The position numbers and the translations under genes were made by a program. Positions 32,854-44,300 of a stretch of DNA of 64,000 bases are shown piece by piece (position 1 is the stretch's first letter; each line of letters begins with the position of its first letter). The notes below the pieces were generated by a model. The model was not told the origin of the DNA. It searched no databases and saw only the letters and a list, made by a program, of their open reading frames with translations. Source of the DNA: Picochlorum sp. SENEW3 (Eukaryota); assembly GCA_034226945.1 (NCBI GenBank), contig CP120453.1, positions 248,001-312,000 on the forward strand. The letters run 5' to 3'.

Positions 32854-35800
32854 TTACATTTTCCGATATTCGAGGAACAAACTTTTGAGGTATGATTTTA
32901 GTTGCCGGCCTTGCAGCTGAACAATTTGCTGAGTGAATTGTTGAGCAATGTCTGGCGACCATCCTAGCCGTGTTGTCGTCTCCTGATACAGAATTGACAG
33001 ATACTCTTGCCCAGCGGTATCATATAAGGTTTTGATTTGGTTAGAAACTTCTGTCAGGAGTGAAATTGATGCCGCGTCGCGGATGTCAATACCTCCGGAT
33101 TCAGGTTTGACCAGCAAAGAAAATATCAGAATGTCACACCCGAACTTTTTGTAGGCGAATTCCTTGATGTCTGCTTGGTTGAACACTTCTCCCTGAGTAC
33201 CATTCTGTAGTGTTGAGATCCAGTGCATTGCAAGATTGGAGATTGTTGCAATGCATAGCTTCCTAACGCCAGGATCAATGTGTGTTGTTGCTCCTTGAAG
33301 CAAATCAGGAATGGCTGACGACTCCTTTGGGCTTATGAGTTCATCACGCACGCTGCACTGTGAAATTGTATTCAAAAATGTATAGTATTGTTTCTGTAAA
33401 ACGGCTCGCTCTCGCAAATCTTCTGTGCTACCTGCAGGAGCTCCTGTGCTTTTCACTATTGGCTGGGCTGCTCGTGGAGAGGATGCCAACATGGCCGGTT
33501 GGGCCTCTGCTCCTGACCAGTCCCACGAGGGACCAAGGAACTGATGAACTTTCGCGACACACTCTGAAAATAGACTGGGAACGATAGATTGCAGGACTGC
33601 AATCTCATTCGCAAACTTGAGGATGATTTGGTTGAGTAGAACAAGAATATCTGTAAAGTCATCCGCATCTATACTAGGATGTTGTAGCGCCCAAATGATT
33701 GCGGATAGACGTGGAACAAGATTGATTCCAAGACAGTCCACAAGTCGATGAACATATGCTAAGAATTTCGCACGTAAATCCTTGGCCAGAGGAAATGCAT
33801 GGATTGCATGCATTGCTGGCATCAGAGGATCCAGCAATGTTTGAGATAGTTTTTGTCTCCCAGAGCACATTTTGGACGAAAACCCCTTGCTTAGTCGCGT
33901 CAAAGCTTCAATACTCTGCTGAAGCAATAAAATTTCGCGCACGTTGGTAATGTCATTGGAATGTGATTCCAATTGACTGGTCAAAGGTTGATTCAAAACT
34001 TTCAGCCATTCAACTTGTTCATCTTCACTAGTATCAATAGTGCCTACCAATAGTCCAGCGGCTTCAAAAGCAAACATTCTATCATCTGGAGTGGAAACGC
34101 CTGCCCCAGACGTTCCTACTTGGCTGGATGCTCCAGCAGCAACAAGACCTAGAGTCTTTCCTAACGGAGTCACTGCAATGGACTGCAAATGAGGAAGCAA
34201 CGCTCTAAGAATATCCCTTGCTATTGTTTTCATCTGACTTCGCAAGGATTTGGTAATTCTACAAAGTAAATACGCTGCTCTTGGAGGAACTGAGCTTGAT
34301 GGATGTCCAAGTCCAGCCCTTCCAAAGAACTTGGATGCCAGCAATGGAACAAGGTCTGTCTGGAAAATTGTCACTTTTGAGTACCGAGCACAGGCTTCCA
34401 GCAGCGCCAAGGCCACTAATCTATGAGACGCAATACTTTCATCGATTCTGATGACAAAGGAAGCGATTTCTACGAGTGGCGCATTCGTCTCAGTTGCAGC
34501 CTTAAATGCTGCTTCAGTGGCTCCTTCTCCAATCTGGTACAACAGACTCAGAGCCAACTCAGCATCCTGCCATGACATTGTGCCCCCATGATGTATCAAT
34601 GAACTCCGAGTCTTTTGAGCAACAAATTCAAACGCTTCAGATGGGATCAGTTTCGCTGCATTTCTAAACAAGGCAAATACTTCCTGCCTCCTGGTGGAAA
34701 CGTTATTCTCTTCCTCTTCTGACATGACCTTCTCTTCGCTGGAGGAGGGTTCAGTCGGATATACAGATGATACATCATCAAACCTAGAGCATAATGCCGC
34801 CGCTTCAATTATTGCCATCACCTGAGACTTGTGAGTGGCAGATAAATCACACTCCCCTTGCCGCTTTGCAATCAACTTTATTCTAGACACGAATGATAAC
34901 ATGAATGGAGCTACAATGGGCGAAATTTCGTCATCAGGTATTTTAAACACCTCCACAACAGCAGGAAACAGCTGATCCATCATAGCAGCGGCTACACAAC
35001 ACGAAGTATTCGCTTCTGAGATGACATCATCATCCAACGCAACGCCAACAGCCTGCAGGCTTAGCACTCCATTCTCCACCTTTTTCCAAGCCTCAAGAAT
35101 CTCAGTTGCCAACGAGACGAGCAACTTGGACGACGCCACTGCCAACTCGTGATCATCATTTGATATCCCAGGCACACCAGATGTAGACCAACTTGCCGCT
35201 ATTGGCACCAACCCCAGACCCTCTATGAGACTCAACTTTGGTCCTGCATCCATCCTCTTGCTCACAATCTCTCTCAAAACTGAAATTGCAGCCACCTGAG
35301 CTTCCGAGTCTTCATCAAACGTATTCAACACATGAAACAAAAGTGGCATGAACTGGTCATTTGCGACCAAACCGATATCAATCCAGTGTACATATCTCTC
35401 AACAGCTCTGAGCAAGTTTGCCACAATCGCACGATCAGAATCTTTGAACATGGACAGTATCTGATACCAGGAAGAATAAATCTGCTCAAGAGCGTTATCC
35501 CTCATCGCATCTTTAAATTCCATGCTCTGTTTCGCCTCCTCGGACGACCGTGGCACCTCTAGACTAATTATATCCTCGTGCACAGAAACAAGAATTCGAC
35601 AGTAGCAATCAATTGCAGATGGACTCTCATTCAGAGATCCCAGCACGTCCTGAAAAAAACTAGGCCATTCTTTCGGATATTCTATACTTGCTATTGACAC
35701 GATGACCTGCGCTATTTTATTCCGAATAAACCCAGGCAACTGCTCAGACCCACGTGCAGTCCCTTTTGCTAGCAAGACTTTTTTCACAGCATCCTTTGCA

Positions 35801-36042
35801 CTCGCCTCCAGACGAGAATACGAGTCACGCGACAGTATGATACTATGAAGCGTCTGAAGACACCAGAATTGAACTTCAGCATGCGACGTCGTTTCTATAT
35901 GCCGCGCGCAGAGTTGCCAAGCGGTGGCATGCTCCTGTGCAACTTGACCGAGCAATAATTCCGCCTGACGTTTGATATCCTCAGACACAGACCCTGTTTG
36001 ATCAAAAACACACAATATTGCCCTTTCAAAATCCCCATCCAT
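32854..36042 (-). CDS. XPOT: Exportin-T (PAUSED/Los1) tRNA export receptor
   Basis: 1062-aa importin-beta-like protein with VQFWCLQ, FIRNKIAQ..YPKEWPSFF, KDAMRD and YVHWIDIGLVAND. Confidence 0.88.
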   Translation of the reverse strand: MDGDFERAILCVFDQTGSVSEDIKRQAELLLGQVAQEHATAWQLCARHIETTSHAEVQFWCLQTLHSIILSRDSYSRLEASAKDAVKKVLLAKGTARGSEQLPGFIRNKIAQVIVSIASIEYPKEWPSFFQDVLGSLNESPSAIDCYCRILVSVHEDIISLEVPRSSEEAKQSMEFKDAMRDNALEQIYSSWYQILSMFKDSDRAIVANLLRAVERYVHWIDIGLVANDQFMPLLFHVLNTFDEDSEAQVAAISVLREIVSKRMDAGPKLSLIEGLGLVPIAASWSTSGVPGISNDDHELAVASSKLLVSLATEILEAWKKVENGVLSLQAVGVALDDDVISEANTSCCVAAAMMDQLFPAVVEVFKIPDDEISPIVAPFMLSFVSRIKLIAKRQGECDLSATHKSQVMAIIEAAALCSRFDDVSSVYPTEPSSSEEKVMSEEEENNVSTRRQEVFALFRNAAKLIPSEAFEFVAQKTRSSLIHHGGTMSWQDAELALSLLYQIGEGATEAAFKAATETNAPLVEIASFVIRIDESIASHRLVALALLEACARYSKVTIFQTDLVPLLASKFFGRAGLGHPSSSVPPRAAYLLCRITKSLRSQMKTIARDILRALLPHLQSIAVTPLGKTLGLVAAGASSQVGTSGAGVSTPDDRMFAFEAAGLLVGTIDTSEDEQVEWLKVLNQPLTSQLESHSNDITNVREILLLQQSIEALTRLSKGFSSKMCSGRQKLSQTLLDPLMPAMHAIHAFPLAKDLRAKFLAYVHRLVDCLGINLVPRLSAIIWALQHPSIDADDFTDILVLLNQIILKFANEIAVLQSIVPSLFSECVAKVHQFLGPSWDWSGAEAQPAMLASSPRAAQPIVKSTGAPAGSTEDLRERAVLQKQYYTFLNTISQCSVRDELISPKESSAIPDLLQGATTHIDPGVRKLCIATISNLAMHWISTLQNGTQGEVFNQADIKEFAYKKFGCDILIFSLLVKPESGGIDIRDAASISLLTEVSNQIKTLYDTAGQEYLSILYQETTTRLGWSPDIAQQFTQQIVQLQGRQLKSYLKSLFLEYRKM

Positions 36043-36632
36043 CCTGCCTAGCTCCCAAAATACTGCCCTCCTTCCCTCTCAGCCAGTTTGAATGCCTCTC
36101 TAAATCAATTATTGGTATACATGGCACCTCCGTGCCATTAAGTGATTAAAATAGAGTATAGTGAAAACAGTTGTACCGATACCATGCGACAACAATGTGC
36201 TCCGGGGCGAGAGGTGGCATGGCAATGTCATTTCTGGATTCAGCTGCTGCCAACTCCAGATGGTACCAATCTAATCCAATTTCTCATGCAAGAAGAAGGA
36301 ATACGGCCGGCTCTCCCCTCAATCTTAATGAAAATAATAAAGAAAAAGTTCATATAAAGGTATAAGAATCATGGTAGTAGTATGTACAACCAAGACAACA
36401 CCGACATGTCAGTGAAGCACGTGGCCGACTATCGGAACACGTTTACAGCCTAACGAGAGCGTAGTTTAGCGTTTAGCGTGTTTTTTAACCATTTTTAGAT
36501 ATCCTTAACGCGAGAAAACGAATCACGAGAGTGTCGGAGGTTTTTATATCGGAGCTCCGAGTTCAACCAACAACAATTACTGCAAACGCAACGTTCGCCA
36601 ATTAATACCGTACATATATCAGGAATTGCATC

Positions 36633-37532
36633 ATGTTTGCAATATTTTCAGCAATAAAGCAATCTGACAAGCACAGTGTGGTTGGGTTTGCACGCCGAGT
36701 AGTTACGGAACACCAGTTTTCTTACAGAACATCTGCTGCGTGGCAGCGTTCAATGGGGACAGCATCAGCTCAACAGCAGCAACAGAAGCACACGGAGGAA
36801 TCTGATCGAAGGGTGGCGGTAGCGTCGTCATCCAGGATGCAGCTGTCGGAATTTTTGCAACCGACATTTCAAGCCCTTCTGGTTGATGCAGCTGGGACAT
36901 TGTTGAATCCGTCAGAGTCCATGACGGACGTGTATTTGAGATATGGAAAACGATATGGTCTCAGTTTGACACCACGTGAAATATTACGACGATACAGGGT
37001 AGCATACTCTACTCCATGGGCACAGTCAAGCATCCGGTATGTGGACGATGGGCGGCCATTTTGGAGATTTATTGTGAAAGAATCTACAGGAATCGAGAAT
37101 GAAGAAATGTTTGAGGAAATTTACGAGTACTATTCGCGAGCAGAGGCATGGGTTGTTGCTCCTGGTGCTGAGAAGGCACTGAGAAAGATCAGGCAGAGTG
37201 GTATCAAGACAGCCATTGTGTCAAATTTTGATTCCAGGTTGCACAGAATCATGCAGGAAATGGGGTTGAAAGATTTGTTCGATGCCATCATTGTGTCTGC
37301 GGATGTGTCAGCAGAAAAACCCAATCCAGTGATTTTCATGAAAGCGTGTGAAGAATTGCGTGTCAGTCCAGAGAATGTCATTCATGTGGGGGATGATCGA
37401 AGGAATGACTTGTTCGGAGCACGAGATGCTGGGTGTTTCGCATGGCTGTGGGGAGATGACGTGCTTTCATTTGATCACGTGCAAAAGCGCCTGGAAACAG
37501 GCAATCTTTTTGATAGTTTGTCTGATTTATGA
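36633..37532 (+). CDS. HAD-like hydrolase (HDHD3/REG-2-like)
   Basis: LLVDAAGTL, VSNFD, EKPNP and HVGDD motifs. Confidence 0.9.
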   Translation: MFAIFSAIKQSDKHSVVGFARRVVTEHQFSYRTSAAWQRSMGTASAQQQQQKHTEESDRRVAVASSSRMQLSEFLQPTFQALLVDAAGTLLNPSESMTDVYLRYGKRYGLSLTPREILRRYRVAYSTPWAQSSIRYVDDGRPFWRFIVKESTGIENEEMFEEIYEYYSRAEAWVVAPGAEKALRKIRQSGIKTAIVSNFDSRLHRIMQEMGLKDLFDAIIVSADVSAEKPNPVIFMKACEELRVSPENVIHVGDDRRNDLFGARDAGCFAWLWGDDVLSFDHVQKRLETGNLFDSLSDL

Positions 37533-37602
37533 GCATGTTCCTTCATATTGTACAATGTTAAAGAAATTAAAATCTGAAAGATTTTTTCACTTTCATCATA
37601 GC

Positions 37603-39861
37603 TTACCACAGTTGCAGTGGGTTTCCGTATGCATGCGTCTGTTGCATTCCTGGTTGCTGTGCTGCAGGCTGATGATAGCCTGGTGCCATTTGTTTCATTG
37701 GCGCATTTGAAATTTGTTGAGGTGGATATGCCATTTCGCCTCTCTCCAATCGACTGATACCATCCAGAGTCCATGCTGTTTCTGATTTGAATGACATTGG
37801 GTCGACTCGTACCACGTTGATTCTCAATCGCTTCTCCTCTTGATACTTGTCTTCAGATAATCGCAGCTTCACAATAAATTGCTTGAACTGTGCATCCCTA
37901 AAGACAGCTGAGAATTTCGGATTTCCTTCATTCATCCATTGGTTGAGTTGCCCGGCAGGTGTCCCCAGCAGATCTGGAGCTGTTTCATTGAATGCTGTGA
38001 CCCATGATGCATCAGAATGATCTCCAAGCTGGCAGGAAAGAATGTACCGCCATTCAGGGGTGCAGTTGGCTGAGCATCGTTCACAGAACCAGCTTGTTCC
38101 ATCTCCGGTTGTATCAGCCAATTTTTTGTTGCATTGCTTCCCATTGTACGTGAGCGTGCATGCAGGATAACTGAAATTTTCATTCCGTGCATACGTCATG
38201 TAGCACACAGCCTGAACCCAAGCAGCTTGGTCGCCCAACCCCAGGCCTTCTCCGCGAATCTGCGAGATACAGATACGTCGATCTGCCTTTCTTCCGCCTT
38301 CTTTTATACCAGAGAGAGGTTTGACTTCCTGTGCAGATCCCCCGGATGCATACCACTGCTGCAGCTGAGGAGTTTCTGGCGCCTCTGGTGGGTTCAGTAG
38401 AACCGAGGAGGAGGATACAGTGGATATATTCTTGCCATTGAATTCCCCTACACGCCCTCCTTTGATCGCAACCACCGGATGCCGTGAGGATGCTATTTCA
38501 GCAGAAATCGTATCACCAGGGGCGGATGCAAACTCACCCCACAAGGTCACCTCAATGCTCCTTCCACTTGGGTCCCTCAAAGACACAGACCTCTTCACAG
38601 CTTCAGATCCGTCCTTTCGAGTGATGGTGGTCACTTCAGCGGCACTTTCCACAACACCGATAATATCTACAATAGATCCCTGAGGTGTATCTTCCAACAC
38701 ATTGATAGGGACAAAATTGAAGGATATTTTGGGAATACTAGTCTCATCTGGTGCCAGTTCAAGTCGACTCCCACTCTCAAGATGAATTTCAAACTGGTGA
38801 CGGGTTTGGTTGTAATTTCCCCTCTTATTTCTCAAAGAAGCTTTGCTGATGTAATATACCCGCCCTTGTTCCACTTGATCAAAGAATCTATCGCACTGGT
38901 CATTCCATCCAACAACCCGAATTTCACCTCCATCAGCATCAAGCAGATCAAAGGAGAAGAACCTCCCTTCCCCACGAGCATTCGAATACCTTTTGATTGG
39001 CGTCTTCGTTGTAACTCTAGCTTTGATTGTCCACCTGTTCTGGTACGAGTTCAGTGAATTGATTGGCGAGATTGACACTGGAGCCTCATTCCTTGCAATG
39101 GCACCACCTGCAGCAGGCTTGTACGATCCTGCATCTTGTGGCATCCCATATCCGGTTGCTCCATAATTTCCATTTATTTGAGGAGGGGGAGCACTACCAT
39201 ACATGCCTCCACCAGAAGTTGGAGGAGGAGCTGCACCACCACCATACATGCCTCCACCTGCAGCTGGAGTAGGAGCTGCACCACCGCCATACATGCCACC
39301 TGGGCCAGACGTTGCAGGAGGAGGCCCCCCATACATACCGCCAGCATTCTGCGGAGCACCTCCATACATGTTTGGATACTGCTGCTGTTGTTGCTGCTGC
39401 TGAGGAGCAGGAGGAGCCCCATACATACTTCCACCATGCATGCCATGATGTTGCTGTTGTTGCTGAGGAGGAGGATGAGCAGCACCGCCTGCCCCCTCCT
39501 GCTGAGCACCCAACTTCAAAGAGAGCGTCTTTGGATCACCAATCTTGTAGTCACATGCACCCACAAATGTCATGGACAAAATGATCAAAATCCGCTTCTG
39601 ATTCATCTCATTCTGTATGCATTCATGCACATCGACAATGCTGTTCTCCTTAATCTGATTCGAATCAGCCATACTCGCCAACTGAGAGGCAAGAATGCAG
39701 CTCATAGCCTCCACCCCGTCAGACAAGAGTACCTTGTACCTCGACCCAGACTGACCGGGCTGCTTCGACTCCAGCTTCTTCAAACCTAACACTTGCAGCC
39801 TCACATTTTTATTTGTAAATCCCCTGTACACCTCCTGAATCCCTCCAGGCGTTAAAGACAT
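37603..39861 (-). CDS. RPA1: Replication protein A 70 kDa subunit
   Basis: OB folds (LNSYQNRWTIKARVT, TLWG), C4 zinc motif (YPAC..CNKK..CERC) and a Gly/Pro/Gln-rich linker. Confidence 0.94.
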   Translation of the reverse strand: MSLTPGGIQEVYRGFTNKNVRLQVLGLKKLESKQPGQSGSRYKVLLSDGVEAMSCILASQLASMADSNQIKENSIVDVHECIQNEMNQKRILIILSMTFVGACDYKIGDPKTLSLKLGAQQEGAGGAAHPPPQQQQQHHGMHGGSMYGAPPAPQQQQQQQQYPNMYGGAPQNAGGMYGGPPPATSGPGGMYGGGAAPTPAAGGGMYGGGAAPPPTSGGGMYGSAPPPQINGNYGATGYGMPQDAGSYKPAAGGAIARNEAPVSISPINSLNSYQNRWTIKARVTTKTPIKRYSNARGEGRFFSFDLLDADGGEIRVVGWNDQCDRFFDQVEQGRVYYISKASLRNKRGNYNQTRHQFEIHLESGSRLELAPDETSIPKISFNFVPINVLEDTPQGSIVDIIGVVESAAEVTTITRKDGSEAVKRSVSLRDPSGRSIEVTLWGEFASAPGDTISAEIASSRHPVVAIKGGRVGEFNGKNISTVSSSSVLLNPPEAPETPQLQQWYASGGSAQEVKPLSGIKEGGRKADRRICISQIRGEGLGLGDQAAWVQAVCYMTYARNENFSYPACTLTYNGKQCNKKLADTTGDGTSWFCERCSANCTPEWRYILSCQLGDHSDASWVTAFNETAPDLLGTPAGQLNQWMNEGNPKFSAVFRDAQFKQFIVKLRLSEDKYQEEKRLRINVVRVDPMSFKSETAWTLDGISRLERGEMAYPPQQISNAPMKQMAPGYHQPAAQQPGMQQTHAYGNPLQLW

Positions 39862-41318
39862 GATTCTTTGCTTCGGGTGTCAACAACACCAGATCTGTTC
39901 GGCGACACTGACCACGTCCTTCTCTCTTGAACAGACACTTCAATGAGTATCTATAGCACTATATGAGTATATATAATTGACGAAATAGACGGTCGATACA
40001 GCACAGGACAAACGCGCGAGGTCGTTGGCCAGTCGATCAAATTCTATCAAAATATAATCTCCTCTCTGTATCTCTCCAGTAAATAAATGGATATTTTATT
40101 ACGTAGTACTATACTATGAGAACGCAATGGAACATAGTATTATTCGTCTAATCTGGCGGACACTGTGCGCCGAGATTTGGTACATGCTCAAAATTCAAAA
40201 AGTTTTCATGTAACTTTCCAAAATTGAGAATATTTTCATCTTCGAACACCTCGCTATCTGAGCATATTGCCCATTCGTATGTGTTTAAATCAGCATTGTT
40301 TTCCCAATGGTAGATTGCACAAGATCGGCAACTCTGCAAGAATTGTCAAAATACAAAATCAAAATCCATATGGATTTCATTGGCCGGTGAAATTCCACAG
40401 GGATCAGTCAGAGTCGAAACAGCCACCACAACCTTTAAGCATGATGATATCTCTGACCCTCGTACTCTTCTCCTATGTATAACAAACTCTTCCAGAGGAG
40501 GCAACGTACTCCACCTGTACGGAAATCCCGTCCCACCGTTCCTCAAAACTCTCAGAGCTGAAATTTGATTGAAATTGATCGAGTTGCTGAAGCCACCCTA
40601 TACCTATGACTCCAATTGGAGTAGCATTAAAGTGTTTAATACCGTGATTACCAGGGAGAACAAAACTTTTCGGTGGGCGAGATGCATCCCAGTGGATGCA
40701 CTCTAATACATCCAATTTACCAGCCACCAAGAAGATGGGTCACTTACAGAAGAAGAGGAGACAGATCATGGAGACTCCAAACGTCATTCTTAAAATATTT
40801 CATATCATAGAAGATCAGTCTAGCGCAGAGGCTGATGAGGACAGTGAGGATGAAGTTGTGGAGTTTCTGGCAGCCTCATGCAGGGGCATTCCCATGCAGC
40901 CATGACAGGTGTCGCATGGAAAATGTGGGGCGCTAGCGAACCATTGCCTGACCGAAACATCGGAGAGGAATCAAAGTGACGTAGAGCACTCGGCTACTGT
41001 ACGACAACAAAATATGGATAGAGATGTAACTGTCCAGTAGGAAATATGATGCGGCCCAGACAAGCGAGATATTCCTTAAAAAAAGAGCGCTTGGTTTAAC
41101 ATCTCATCTGTATTTACGAAAGTATATCGTTTTGACTGCAACTGCCGCCTACGAGACTGGTTGCAACATGGCTTCAAGTATCTGAGGGGAAGACTTCCAT
41201 GCAAGGGTTTGATGAAGACCGCCATTCTCGCTGTCGAGATATTCGTAGCAAAATCGATAGAATCTTTTTCGGAACCATAGAAATGTTATAGGTTGCAAGC
41301 GCAGTCCCAACTATCAGT

Positions 41319-44300
41319 ATGAGCCTTGACGGGCTCGGATTGGACGACTTGAATACGTTAGGTAGCAATGGAACTTGCTTCGGATACGACAATGATCTCC
41401 AGCGGAGTGTCTGTGAAGCTGAGAATTTGAATATAACGGATCCTCCGAGCATATATCGATTTACAGATTATCCACTGCTGTGGTCTCAAACGCTATGCTA
41501 CTTGCTCAACGTTACCTTGGAGCACAGGGTCCACCTTCCAGGAGCAATGAACGATTGCACGGTCCCATTGAGAGGATACGATGCATTTCTGTTTGCTGGT
41601 ATTGCTCTGATTGCAGCATCTATTTTGTTTGGGAGGTTGTCAGTGGTGTTTGTCCTGATTGCCGGGGCTATTGTTGGAGTTTTGCACTATTATGTTAATA
41701 TGCTGCAACTTAGTAACAGTATTACGCAGTGGCTGTCATTCTCCCCCAGTGATTTATTTCTATACGCTTTTCTTCCTCCATTGGTTGTGGAGGACGCAAT
41801 CAATATCGAGTTTTACATGTTCAGGAAAATGTTCATACATTCAATCATGCTTGCAAGTGTGATGGTTATTCTGACAGCAATCATTCTGACCCCGCTGATA
41901 CTTTTTGTCCTTCGATTTCAATACAAAGGCTGGAGCTGGGTGCATGGAGCTCTGTTTGCCGCGATAATCGCGCCAACAGATTCTTTGGCAGTGTCCTCCA
42001 TTTTGAAAAGGGCAAATGGCCCTGCACTGTTGACAGCAATTCTGGAAGGGGAGTCGCTTCTAAACGATGCAGCTGGAACAACATTGTTTCAAGTTTTCGA
42101 GGGAATTCTCAACAGCCAAGCGACAGAGTATGCGAATGGTATTCCAACAGTATGGAGTGTGATCCCTACCATTATTGTCGATATTATAAAACTGTCAGGA
42201 ATTGGAGTTGGTATCGGATTTGGATTCTCGTTTGTCTCGCTCTTCATTCTACGATGGCTAAGATGGAGAGGGGCTGGCCTTTACATTGAATCTGTGTACA
42301 TTTTGGGCATGGCATACTTGACATATTATGTCACCAATGCTCCTGCAGGTGGATCTGGGGTTATTGCTGTTGTGACATTTGGCTTATTCGGCAATTGGAT
42401 GTCTATGTGGGGTATGACGGGATCTGCCGTCAAAAAAGGGGATTTCAAAGCAATATGGGAGACAATCTCTTTCGCAGCAAATGGCCTTGTGTTCTTTTGG
42501 GCAGGAGTTGCATCACTGACATACGTCATCCGCACTATATCTCAGATACCAACAAACGCAATGACATATGTGTCGATTCCGTTGATATACATCTTCATGC
42601 TATTCATCCGAACGTTCTGCATTACAATTTTCAACCCAATATTTGATTTGGCCGGAAAAGCCTTGTCTGCTGCAGAAATTGCGTTTATGGGATGGTCCGG
42701 ACTACGGGGAGCTGTCTCGTTGATTCTTATGTCTTCTCTAGCCGGGGGCAACAATTTTTTGAATATCGTAGATGATGATTTGACTGTATCAGAATCATAT
42801 GCGATTCAAATGAGGGCCATCAAAGCAGATATGACTTTGTGGACAGCCTGGTTTGTTATCCTGACACTGATTGTGAATGGACCATGTGCAGCTCCATTGC
42901 TGGCAATGCTGAAACTGAATGCAGTCCCAGAAGCAGCCAGACAGATTCAAGAAACGGCAAAGACATTAATTTTGGACAATACAATGGATACCATTGAAAA
43001 GCTTCAGAATGGAGATGAGGAAAATGAACTCTTGTCAGGGGCTGATTGGAAGTTCATCGCAGAATACGTTGATCTATCAAAAGACTTGCGTCCTTTTGGA
43101 AAGATAGATGTAAATGCAGAGCAGGATGACAATTTGCAAGAGAAGAGTGGCTTAACACGCGAGCTTGACCAGAATTCCTCATGGTCTGTGATGCTTGTTA
43201 TTGGCAGAGCAATTTGGCAGGCGGTGGTGCAATTTGTGAAGTATGTTATGCATATGCCGATGAAATTCTGCTGTCCTAGATCTCGGGAAAGCTCCTTGCA
43301 AGGCTTGCAAGAGGATATTACAGGAAAATCTTGGGACTCATTAGATGGATCATCCCCTGCAGTAGCAGCAATGCTTAGGGAATGCCCATTTCAAAGAAAA
43401 GGTACAATGAGTTCGGAGGAGTCAGGTGCAACACCTCAATTATCAATTGACATCGAGACTGGCTCCGTGAAAGATGATAACAACCAACATAATTCTTGTT
43501 CGAATCTTCAATCCAGGGACAGACATATTAAAGCCAATGCTGGCGATTCTGATCAAGTATGTCTTGCAGGATCCGTTAGAGATGATCTATTGAAGGATCT
43601 TAGGGGAAGTAGAAGGAAACAAACTGAAAGAGGGGTAGTAGATGTTGGACAGGAGTTTGTTTCAAATATCCAACCAGACTCTCCAGAAGCTTTCCAAGAT
43701 TCCCAGGAAAAACTGGCTTCTCAATATAATGGATATAGTGGAGAAGCAGACATTTCTCCTCCAAACATTCATCCAGATTATAAAGAGCTCGTGACTTATC
43801 TTTCAGGCCTCAACAGGAAATGCTTGGTATCGTCAGGAGTGAGTGATGATAGCTCTTGTGACTCGACAGAGCAGAGTAACATGAACTCGATTGCAAGAGA
43901 CCAAGGATCAGAGAAGGAATCAAACAGAAGTGCTGAATGTATAGGACCATATCCAAGCAAGGTTGATCTTTGTGATAGATCATTGGTGACAGAATCAGAA
44001 TTAAATTCCAGTGAGTTGCAAGGGAGGGCATCCAACTTCATCTCCAACAGTTTGAAAAGTAAGACACAAGGGACCAATCCCACAGCAAACGCTAACCTTG
44101 GCTCAACAGGGGTTCCAGGCGAGATGCCAACTAAATTCAGAACCATCTCAGATTTCAGAAACATAACGGAATTAAATAAAAATGGAGGGGTTGAAGGAAG
44201 TAGTGAAGAATCTGGGGCACCTGAAATGGTTCAGAGGCAAGATGGGATGACACATGTGCATGGGTGCGTTCCTTTGAGCAAATTGCTGCGTTGTCTTGTT

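Noticed and set aside
36142..36365. Short ORFs between exportin-t and the HAD gene
   Set aside because: No recognisable protein in any frame and no convincing splice model.
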